From Burkholderiales bacterium (GTDB taxonomy: Bacteria > Pseudomonadota > Gammaproteobacteria > Burkholderiales > Burkholderiaceae_C): a stretch of DNA of 64,000 nt. Positions 9,555 to 16,477 of the stretch are shown piece after piece. Numbering within the stretch: position 1 is the first letter of the stretch; each line of letters begins with the position of its first letter. Where the stretch lies: assembly GCA_025363275.1 (NCBI GenBank), contig JANYEE010000156.1, positions 5,215 through 69,214 of the forward strand, given 5' to 3'. The translations under genes and the position numbers were made by a program. The notes beneath the pieces are model-generated. The model searched no databases. It saw nothing but the letters and a program-made list of their open reading frames with translations, and had not been told where the DNA came from.

Positions 9555-9644
9555 GGAATCTCCAACAACGGCCATTTGGCAAGCGGCGAATTTACAGCAA
9601 AACCATCGAAATGACGATAAATTTATTTATTTTTCGCCAAGTGA

Positions 9645-9686
9645 GGTTAAAAATTACGCCACCCAATAAAGGCCGGGCGTAAATTA
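9645..9686 (-). terminator. Possible terminator after the redoxin gene
   Basis: On the minus strand, TTACGCC pairs with GGCGTAA (7 bp) around a 16-nt loop and is followed by TTTTT. It lies about 38 nt downstream of the stop at 9724. Confidence 0.4.
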
Positions 9687-9723
9687 CCAGGGTGTTTAGC
9701 GCCAAAAAATGAGGGCTAGTGCT

Positions 9724-10317
9724 CTATTTTAAACCAGCCCACATCGCCAGCTCTTGCGGAGTTACCCGACCCATCTTGCGGTGCAAAACAGAACCATCGG
9801 CGCTCAGCACAACACTGAAAGGCAACGCACCTGCCAAGTTACCCATGGATCGTGTCAGTTCAGTACCCGCCAAACCGGCCATACCCACTGGAAAATCCAA
9901 CGGCGACTTTTGCAAAAAGGCCTGAACTGGCTGCAACTTATCTACGGCCAAACCCAGCACTTGCCAGCCTTGGGCCTTGTTCTTCAGGTAAAAATCGTTG
10001 ATCAGTGGCAGCTCCTCTACGCAAGGAGGACACCAGGTTGCCCAAAAATTAAGCAGCAGTGGCTTGCCAAGCAGGCTTTTCATCGGCAACGTCGCACCTT
10101 GCGGCGTAGGCCACTCGGCTTGCCAGAAACCTTCTGGGGGCGGTGTGCCGGTGGGCGTAGACGCAGACAACGGCGTCGCCTGGCGCCACCAAGCCAGGCC
10201 CAGCCCCGCAACCGCCGCTGCGCCTCCCACCGCGACCATCAGGGCCCGCCGCCCCGGCGCAAGCAAGGTGGACGATGCACCAGGAGTGGGTGTAGACGAG
10301 TTAGCAGACTTTTTCAT
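9724..10317 (-). CDS. TlpA-family thiol:disulfide oxidoreductase (periplasmic redoxin)
   Basis: Contains the WCPPC active-site motif (LLNFWATWCPPCVEELP) and an N-terminal signal with an RR motif. It overlaps the upstream ORF by 4 nt. Confidence 0.88.
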   Translation of the reverse strand: MKKSANSSTPTPGASSTLLAPGRRALMVAVGGAAAVAGLGLAWWRQATPLSASTPTGTPPPEGFWQAEWPTPQGATLPMKSLLGKPLLLNFWATWCPPCVEELPLINDFYLKNKAQGWQVLGLAVDKLQPVQAFLQKSPLDFPVGMAGLAGTELTRSMGNLAGALPFSVVLSADGSVLHRKMGRVTPQELAMWAGLK

Positions 10318-10922
10318 AGTGCCTGATCATGCAGCAAACCGCGTAGGGCCGCGGCATCGCCCCGAGGACTCCGGCCCCGCGGGCCGGGTTTCAGGGCACC
10401 ACGCAAATCATCAAAGTCGTAAATCAGCAAGTGCACGCCTACATGCTCACCGAGCTCGGCACTGCGGGCCTGAATGCTCAAGGCGTCGATCTGCTCGCCC
10501 GTAAAACCGGTCACGGTGCTGGGGTCAAAACGCACCCCCAAGTCGATCAGGCTAATTTCTGCCGACTTGGAATCATCACAAAACAGCTGCAGGTAAATGT
10601 CCGAGCGGCGCGTGGCCGTGCCGTGCCAGACCGCACCGCTTATATAGGGGCGAAACCGCTGCAAACGGTCCATCCACTGCAGCGCCAGACTGCGCAGGGC
10701 GCGCAGCTCCTGCGGCTGGGTGTCGGCACAAAATAGCGCGATGTAATCCTCCACCTGCGCCTCCAGCAGCGCGTTATCGGGCAGGGCGGTACGCTCAGGA
10801 AGGCCCAACTGCTTCACAGCGCGGCGCTTGGCTCCGCCATATTCCAGCCCCTCTTCCACCACGAGGCGGGCGGCCACGGCGGCGATCTCTTCTTTCAAGG
10901 TGTCCATGGCACCATTGTGCAT
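10314..10922 (-). CDS. Conserved hypothetical protein, possibly a degenerate nucleotidyltransferase fold
   Basis: 202-aa ORF, translationally coupled to the redoxin gene. The segment ISGAVWHGTATRRSDIYLQLF resembles the G[SA]x(9-12)SDIDL motif of pol-beta-type nucleotidyltransferases, with the second Asp replaced by Tyr. The start is either 10922 or 10907. Confidence 0.6.
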   Translation of the reverse strand: MHNGAMDTLKEEIAAVAARLVVEEGLEYGGAKRRAVKQLGLPERTALPDNALLEAQVEDYIALFCADTQPQELRALRSLALQWMDRLQRFRPYISGAVWHGTATRRSDIYLQLFCDDSKSAEISLIDLGVRFDPSTVTGFTGEQIDALSIQARSAELGEHVGVHLLIYDFDDLRGALKPGPRGRSPRGDAAALRGLLHDQAL

Positions 10923-10943
10923 GGGCTAGATGCGCCTTGCTTT

Positions 10944-11000
10944 GCTCCTAAATTCATAGCTACTCAGGCATATTCCACTAGGGCCTCAGGCATAAAACGC
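10944..11000 (+). repeat. Intergenic modular repeat, copy X (about 57 nt)
   Basis: The sequence is GCTCCTAAATTCATAGC + TACTCAGGCATATTCCACTAGGGCC + TCAGGCATAAAACGC. It is related to the copies at 12568-12624 and 25527-25583. Confidence 0.8.
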
Positions 11001-11047
11001 TTGAAATTAGCCTAAAAGATGCTGCCAGACCACCTTTAGAATGACCC

Positions 11048-12580
11048 ATGCACATTCATATTCTGGGTATTTGTGGCACTTTCATGGGTGGCCTGGCCGC
11101 CTTGGCCCGCGAGGCCGGCCACCGGGTGACGGGTTGCGATGCGGGCGTTTACCCGCCCATGAGCGACCAATTGCGCGCGCTGGGTATTGATCTGGTGGAA
11201 GGATTCGGCGCGGATCAGCTCGACCTGAAGCCCGATATGTTTGTGGTCGGCAACGTAGTAAGCCGCGTGCGCCTGGCCGATGGCACACCCAAATTTCCGC
11301 TGATGGAGGCCATTCTGGACGCCGGTGCGCCCTACACCAGTGGCCCCCAGTGGCTGGCCGAGCACGTTTTGCAGGGCCGCCATGTGCTGGCGGTGGCAGG
11401 TACCCACGGCAAAACCACCACCACCGCCATGCTGACCTGGATTTTGGAATGCGCGGGTTTGCAACCGGGCTTCCTGGTTGGCGGCGTGCCGATGAACTTT
11501 GGCGTTTCTGCGCACCTGGGAGGTGGGGTGGCAGAGGCGCCCGCAAACACGCAAGGCTGGGCGGGAGTGGCTTCTGCGCAGGTCAAGGAGGAGCCTGCGC
11601 AGCGGGCGGGGGACACGGAGCAGAAGCCACTCCTGCCCAGCCGCCGTTTTGACGCAAAGTATTTCGTCATAGAAGCCGACGAATACGACACCGCCTTCTT
11701 CGACAAGCGCAGCAAATTCGTCCACTACCGCCCTCGCACGGCCGTGCTAAACAACCTGGAATTCGACCACGCCGATATTTTTGACAACTTGGCCGCGATT
11801 GAGCGCCAGTTTCACCACCTGGTGCGAACCGTACCCGGCACGGGCCGCGTGGTGACCAACGGTCTGGAGGAGAGCTTAGTGCGGGTGCTGCACCAGGGCT
11901 GCTGGAGCGAAGTGCGCAGCTTTGGTGCCACGGTGAGCGACTTCAGCGCGGAGGGCGAACCGCACGACTTCGCCGTGCTGCACCTCGGCAAGCCTGTGGC
12001 GCGCGTGCAGTGGGCACTGGGCGGCGTGCACAACCAGCTCAATGCACTGGCCGCCATTGCAGCAGCCGAGCATGTGGGCGTGGCACCCGATGTGGCGGCC
12101 CAAGCACTCGCCAGTTTCGAGAACGTCAAACGCCGTATGGAAATTCGCGCCCACGCACCCCTGCGCTCGGCACCCCATGCCGCAGCCGTCACGGTGTACG
12201 ACGACTTTGCCCACCACCCCACGGCCATCCGAACCACCGTCAACGGACTGCGTCGGCGCTTAGACACCCGTTTGGGTGCGGCGCGCATTCTGGCGGTGTT
12301 TGAGCCCCGCTCCAACACCATGAAGCTGGGCGCGATGAAAGCACAGCTACCCTGGAGCCTGGAAGAGACCGACCTGGCGTTTTGCCACACGGGTGGACTG
12401 GACTGGGACGCGGCCGAAGCGCTGGCGCCCATGGGCGCTCGGGCCCAGGTGGCGGGTAACGTAAACGCATTGGTTGCGCAGGTGCTGGCGGCGGTGCAAC
12501 CTGGCGACCACATCGTCTGTATGAGTAACGGCGGGTTTGGTGGCATCCACGGCAAGCTGATCGAAGCGCTACAAATTTAA
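11048..12580 (+). CDS. mpl: UDP-N-acetylmuramate:L-alanyl-gamma-D-glutamyl-meso-diaminopimelate ligase
   Basis: Near-colinear with E. coli Mpl ([63 protein letters not shown]). It carries an insertion of about 43 aa between SAHLG and YFVIEADEYD. Confidence 0.95.
   Translation: MHIHILGICGTFMGGLAALAREAGHRVTGCDAGVYPPMSDQLRALGIDLVEGFGADQLDLKPDMFVVGNVVSRVRLADGTPKFPLMEAILDAGAPYTSGPQWLAEHVLQGRHVLAVAGTHGKTTTTAMLTWILECAGLQPGFLVGGVPMNFGVSAHLGGGVAEAPANTQGWAGVASAQVKEEPAQRAGDTEQKPLLPSRRFDAKYFVIEADEYDTAFFDKRSKFVHYRPRTAVLNNLEFDHADIFDNLAAIERQFHHLVRTVPGTGRVVTNGLEESLVRVLHQGCWSEVRSFGATVSDFSAEGEPHDFAVLHLGKPVARVQWALGGVHNQLNALAAIAAAEHVGVAPDVAAQALASFENVKRRMEIRAHAPLRSAPHAAAVTVYDDFAHHPTAIRTTVNGLRRRLDTRLGAARILAVFEPRSNTMKLGAMKAQLPWSLEETDLAFCHTGGLDWDAAEALAPMGARAQVAGNVNALVAQVLAAVQPGDHIVCMSNGGFGGIHGKLIEALQI
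11557..11640 (+). repeat. Inverted repeat inside the mpl insertion
   Basis: CTGGGCGGGAGTGGCTTCTGCGCAG (11557-11581) matches the reverse complement of 11616-11640 (CTGGGCAGGAGTGGCTTCTGCTCCG) at 22/25 positions. The loop is 34 nt. Confidence 0.8.
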
Positions 12581-12624
12581 TAGCACTACAGGCATGTTTT
12601 ACCTGGGCCACAGCTTGTTTTATG
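12568..12624 (+). repeat. Intergenic modular repeat, copy Z
   Basis: The sequence is GCTACAAATTTAATAGC + ACTACAGGCATGTTTTACCTGGGCC + ACAGCTTGTTTTATG. It overlaps the last 3 sense codons and the TAA stop of mpl. Confidence 0.8.
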
Positions 12625-12664
12625 TTTTAAACCAGTTAAAAGGGGTGCTCCAACGCCCTACACC

Positions 12665-13810
12665 ATGCTGACACCACCGCCCAGCCTGATTGACCTGATG
12701 CGCAGCAGCCCGCGGCGCGCGCCGGTGACGTTGGTGTTTCTGACGGCCAACGTCGCGGTGTTTTTGTTGATGCTGCTGTTTGGCGCGGGCTGGTGGCACA
12801 CCCCCAACGGCGTGCAATTGGCCTGGGGCGCTAATTTCGGGCCCGCCACACAAGACGGCCAGTGGTGGCGGCTGTTCACGGCCCTGTTTATCCACTTTGG
12901 CGTGATCCACCTGGGCCTCAATATGTGGGCGCTGTGGGATGTGGGCCGATTGGTAGAGCAACTCTACGGCCGCTGGCGCTTTGCGCTGCTGTACCTGGGC
13001 AGTGGCGTGGTGGGCAATCTGGTGTCGTTGGTGATGCAGGGCAACCAGGCAGTATCAGGCGGTGCATCGGGCGCAGTGTTTAGCCTGTATGGCGCGCTGC
13101 TGGTGTTCTTATGGCGCGAGCGGCGGCAGGTCGACCGGGGCGAATTCCGTTGGCTCTTTGGCGGCGCAGTGGCATTTAGCACCCTGATGCTAGTGCTGGG
13201 CCACGTGGTGCAGGGCATCGACAACTCTGCGCACGCTGGCGGTCTGGTGGCCGGCATGCTGCTGGGTGCGCTGCTGGCATGGCCCTGGACACCGCGCAGC
13301 CCCCCTGTGCTGCGGGCCAACATCGCGGGGCTGTTGCTGTTGCTCATAGCCCTGGCTGTATTGATTACACGCTTGCCAGCACCCACGTACCTGCTCGGCG
13401 ACGAGCTGCGGGCGCGTGCTGCCATTGAAGCATTCCTGGTGCAGGATCAAGGCGCCAGCCGGGTACTGGACAAACTATTGCAGCAAAGCGCCAATGACCC
13501 ACAAACCTTCAATACCCTGGCAGGCCACATTGAAACCGATGTGAGCGCGGTGTACGCCAAGAGCTTTGAGCAACTGCTACGAACCACGCCGGGCAGCGCG
13601 GCACCGTCTGCCGCCACCCTGCAAACCCTGCGCGATTACGCCGACCTGCGGGCCGAGGCCACGCGGGAACTGGCCCACAGCATTCGCGCCGGCAATGTGG
13701 CCCAAGCCAGAGCGGCGCTACAAAAAACTCGGCAGGCGCCAGCACGCGCAGCGTCGGCTGCTGCAGCGTCTACATCTGCGTCAAGGTCAGTGGCTAAGCC
13801 AGCGCCTTGA
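12665..13810 (+). CDS. Rhomboid-family intramembrane serine protease with a C-terminal soluble extension
   Basis: The catalytic motifs GASGAVF and HAGGLVAG are present, along with multiple transmembrane helices. The C-terminal tail of about 140 aa is Ala-rich. Confidence 0.88.
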   Translation: MLTPPPSLIDLMRSSPRRAPVTLVFLTANVAVFLLMLLFGAGWWHTPNGVQLAWGANFGPATQDGQWWRLFTALFIHFGVIHLGLNMWALWDVGRLVEQLYGRWRFALLYLGSGVVGNLVSLVMQGNQAVSGGASGAVFSLYGALLVFLWRERRQVDRGEFRWLFGGAVAFSTLMLVLGHVVQGIDNSAHAGGLVAGMLLGALLAWPWTPRSPPVLRANIAGLLLLLIALAVLITRLPAPTYLLGDELRARAAIEAFLVQDQGASRVLDKLLQQSANDPQTFNTLAGHIETDVSAVYAKSFEQLLRTTPGSAAPSAATLQTLRDYADLRAEATRELAHSIRAGNVAQARAALQKTRQAPARAASAAAASTSASRSVAKPAP

Positions 13811-14267
13811 ACATATTGATATTGGTGGTCAAAAAGCCCAGCTTGACATAGAGCGCATGGGCCTGCGGGTTGTGCCCGAACACATGCAGCGCCAAGCCCG
13901 AGAGTCCCAGCTCCAACGCCCTCTTCTCCAGCTCCGCAAAGGCCCAGGTGGCATGTCCTTGGCGGCGGTAAGGCTCGTCCACCATCACATCAAAAATATG
14001 GGCCACCTTGCAATCGCCCCGCTGCATCGCGGCGATCCAGATCATGCCCACCACCGCGCGCTGCGGGCCGTGCTCCATCACATACAAATGGTGGTCAGGG
14101 GTAGCTAAGCCCTGGGGCAAACTAGTCTGCATGGATTGGCGCGCCAGCTCCAGCGCTTGCGACTGTGCCCACTGCCCTGAACGCACTTTATCCTGCGCGT
14201 ATTCAGGGATCATGATCTGCAGATAGCGTTGAAACTGCACTTCATTCATCGGCACTAAAGTCTTCAC
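13794..14267 (-). CDS. GNAT-family N-acetyltransferase
   Basis: 157-aa ORF with the acetyl-CoA-binding motif YRRQGHATWAF. Confidence 0.8.
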   Translation of the reverse strand: MKTLVPMNEVQFQRYLQIMIPEYAQDKVRSGQWAQSQALELARQSMQTSLPQGLATPDHHLYVMEHGPQRAVVGMIWIAAMQRGDCKVAHIFDVMVDEPYRRQGHATWAFAELEKRALELGLSGLALHVFGHNPQAHALYVKLGFLTTNINMFKALA

Positions 14268-14289
14268 AGGCAGCTCCTGGAATGATCCG

Positions 14290-15441
14290 TTACTTTAGCT
14301 TGCGTCGCGCCTTCACGGCCTCAGACAGCACGTCAAGTGACTCCAGCGACTGGCCCCAGCCCAGGCAGGCATCGGTGATGCTCTTGCCGTACTCCAGCGC
14401 GTGGGCATCGTCTTTGCCGGGCGTGAACTTTTGCGCGCCAGCATTCAGGTGACTCTCAATCATCACCCCGAAGACGCTGCGCGACCCACTGGAAATTTGC
14501 GCCGCAATATCGCGGGCTACCTCCACTTGCTTTTCGTGCTGCTTGCTGCTGTTGGCGTGGCTGCAATCCACCATCAGTGCTGGGTTGAGCTTGGCTTTAC
14601 TCAACTCGGCGCAGGCCTCGGCCACGCTCTTGGCGTCAAAGTTGGGTGCTTTACCGCCGCGCAGAATCACATGGCAGTCTCTGTTGCCATTGGTTTGCAC
14701 AATCGCTACCTGGCCGTTTTTGTGTACCGACAAGAAGTGGTGGCCACCCGCAGCCGCTTGAATCGCATCGGTAGCGATCTTGATGTTGCCATCGGTGCCA
14801 TTCTTGAAGCCAATGGGCGCGGACAGGCCGGAGGCCAATTCACGGTGCACCTGGCTCTCGGTGGTACGCGCACCAATCGCGCCCCAGGCAATCAGATCGC
14901 CCAGGTACTGGGGCGAGATCACATCCAAAAACTCGCTGCCTGCGGGCAGGCCCAGGCGGTTGATCTCGATCAGCAACTGGCGCGCAATGCGCAGGCCCTC
15001 ATCAATACGGAAGCTCTCATCCAGGTAGGGGTCGTTGATCAAGCCCTTCCAGCCCACGGTGGTACGGGGTTTTTCAAAATACACACGCATCACAACCTCC
15101 AGCGTATCGGCGTATTTGACGCGCTGCTCTTTCAGGCGGCGGGCGTATTCCACCGCAGCAGCCGGGTCGTGAATCGAGCACGGCCCGATGATGACCAACA
15201 GCCGGTCGTCCTTACCGTGCATGATGTTGTGGATACGTTTGCGGGTATCGGTGATCAGCGCTTCCACAGGCGTCCCCTGGATGGGGAAGAAGCGGATCAA
15301 ATGTTCAGGGGGTGGCAACACGGTGATGTTCTGAATACGTTCGTCGTCGGTCTGGCTGGTACGGTCTGCAGGGCGGGCAGAGTGCGGATACCAGGCGTCC
15401 GTGGAAGACGATGCGGCAGAAGAGGAAGCTTTGGTTGGCAT
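14290..15441 (-). CDS. aroG: 3-deoxy-7-phosphoheptulonate (DAHP) synthase, class I
   Basis: Colinear with E. coli AroG (DDRLLVIIGPCSIHD, VMRVYFEKPRTTVGWKGLINDP, GARTTESQVHRELASGLS, KSITDAC). ATG 15441 has a GGAG Shine-Dalgarno sequence. The isoenzyme specificity cannot be determined from sequence. Confidence 0.95.
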   Translation of the reverse strand: MPTKASSSAASSSTDAWYPHSARPADRTSQTDDERIQNITVLPPPEHLIRFFPIQGTPVEALITDTRKRIHNIMHGKDDRLLVIIGPCSIHDPAAAVEYARRLKEQRVKYADTLEVVMRVYFEKPRTTVGWKGLINDPYLDESFRIDEGLRIARQLLIEINRLGLPAGSEFLDVISPQYLGDLIAWGAIGARTTESQVHRELASGLSAPIGFKNGTDGNIKIATDAIQAAAGGHHFLSVHKNGQVAIVQTNGNRDCHVILRGGKAPNFDAKSVAEACAELSKAKLNPALMVDCSHANSSKQHEKQVEVARDIAAQISSGSRSVFGVMIESHLNAGAQKFTPGKDDAHALEYGKSITDACLGWGQSLESLDVLSEAVKARRKLK

Positions 15442-15492
15442 AACAGGACTCCAGTACAAATGAAACTGATCAATGAAACCGACAAAAAAAAC

Positions 15493-15528
15493 CGCAAAAA
15501 AAAACCGCCGGTGGCTCCGGCGGTTTTT
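15493..15528 (-). terminator. Intrinsic terminator in the aroG 5' leader (attenuator terminator)
   Basis: On the minus strand the sequence is AAAAACCGCCGG-AGCCA-CCGGCGGTTTTTTTTT. The stem is 7 G/C base pairs (15505-15511 with 15517-15523) extended by A-U pairs, followed by a U run. It lies about 50 nt upstream of the aroG ATG. Confidence 0.8.
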
Positions 15529-15560
15529 GGAAGATTCAGGACGTTCTCTTGTGGATACGT

Positions 15561-15629
15561 TCAGATCTCTCTACCGCCTAAAGCGCTTGAGAACCAAAAG
15601 TAACTAAAAAAGAAACGTGCGAAATGCAT
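15561..15629 (-). CDS. Putative aromatic-rich leader peptide (22 aa), MHFARFFFSYFWFSSALGGREI
   Basis: Hand-translated from ATG (15629) to TGA (15561). It has 5 Phe, 1 Tyr and 1 Trp within codons 6-13 and lies 32 nt upstream of the terminator. No strong Shine-Dalgarno sequence is present. The ORF is absent from the track because it is too short. Confidence 0.6.
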   Translation of the reverse strand: MHFARFFFSYFWFSSALGGREI

Positions 15630-15661
15630 AAAGTCACTGTAGCACAGTTGAAAATAGCCCC

Positions 15662-15907
15662 ATGCCCGCTACCGAACTCCTAGTCACCTCAGCAGGTCAA
15701 ATTGCGGACAAAGAATTACTGATCCCCACCGGCAAGGAAGGCGCTTACTTCCCGCATGTCCAGGATTGGGTCACCGCACAACTCAGCGCTAAAAGACCCG
15801 TCAAGGACATCAGCAAACTGGTGCTGGTCAAAGGCATCAAGCAATGGGCAGTTTTTGAGCAAAAGCTCGGCGGCAAGTCGGTGCGCACCGTTTTCAAGAT
15901 CACTTAA
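15662..15907 (+). CDS. Hypothetical small protein (81 aa)
   Basis: I recognise no family for this ORF. GC looks lower than in the neighbouring genes. It converges on the next gene with a 4-nt overlap. Confidence 0.45.
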   Translation: MPATELLVTSAGQIADKELLIPTGKEGAYFPHVQDWVTAQLSAKRPVKDISKLVLVKGIKQWAVFEQKLGGKSVRTVFKIT

Positions 15908-16467
15908 TCGGCCTTACGGATCCAGCCCATCAGGCGCGACCAGGCGCTGGTGTGGATCTCGGTCTCGGCGCTGGCCTTGCTGGATTGCTCGTACACATCC
16001 AACAACAGGGCACCTGCCCCCAGCAGTCGCCAGGCGCTGACATCAAAGTCGGATTGCAGCGGAGCCTGGGCTACCGGCAGGCCCACGAGTTGCGCCCATT
16101 GCGTGAGTTGCGATCGAAACTGGTTCACCGCCGCCATGTGGGCTTTGAATTCCAGAAATCGGTCCCAATCGCGATTCAAGTCCAACACCATGGCGTGGTG
16201 ATCACGTAGGGTATCCAACAAATCCAGAAAATAAGGGGCCAGCCAAGTGGCGTCTTCGTGTGGCAGGCGCCAAGCTTCGGTTAAGGCTTCAATTTGCGCT
16301 GACAAGCTATGCAGGCTTTCCCCCATTTGTAGGGATTCTTCATCCGCTACGGCAGCACGCAAAATCTCGCTGTATTCGCCGTAGCTGCGCACGCTGGATG
16401 GTGGCGCCGACGTATTGCGCGCCGCCGGTGTGGGGATGGGAGACTGCCCTACGTTGGAGTCGGGCAT
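15904..16467 (-). CDS. Hypothetical protein (187 aa) downstream of tldD
   Basis: The ORF starts 10 nt after the tldD stop, so co-transcription is likely. It has a Pro/Ser-rich N-terminus followed by a predicted helical body, and no motif I recognise. Confidence 0.6.
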   Translation of the reverse strand: MPDSNVGQSPIPTPAARNTSAPPSSVRSYGEYSEILRAAVADEESLQMGESLHSLSAQIEALTEAWRLPHEDATWLAPYFLDLLDTLRDHHAMVLDLNRDWDRFLEFKAHMAAVNQFRSQLTQWAQLVGLPVAQAPLQSDFDVSAWRLLGAGALLLDVYEQSSKASAETEIHTSAWSRLMGWIRKAD

Positions 16468-16477
16468 GACCCCTCCT

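Noticed and set aside
11036-12555. Several minus-strand ORFs (229, 154, 127 and 247 aa) overlapping mpl
   Set aside because: All are Arg/Ala/Pro-rich antisense frames. The plus-strand Mpl is colinear with the E. coli enzyme.
15493-15528. The hairpin as an ordinary terminator of a plus-strand gene
   Set aside because: No plus-strand gene ends upstream of it, because aroG lies on the minus strand there. The longest U run is on the minus-strand side, so the attenuator interpretation fits better.
14401-15603. 400-aa plus-strand ORF antisense to the DAHP synthase gene
   Set aside because: The minus strand is colinear with E. coli AroG over its whole length. The plus-strand product has no recognisable motifs and reads through the leader terminator.
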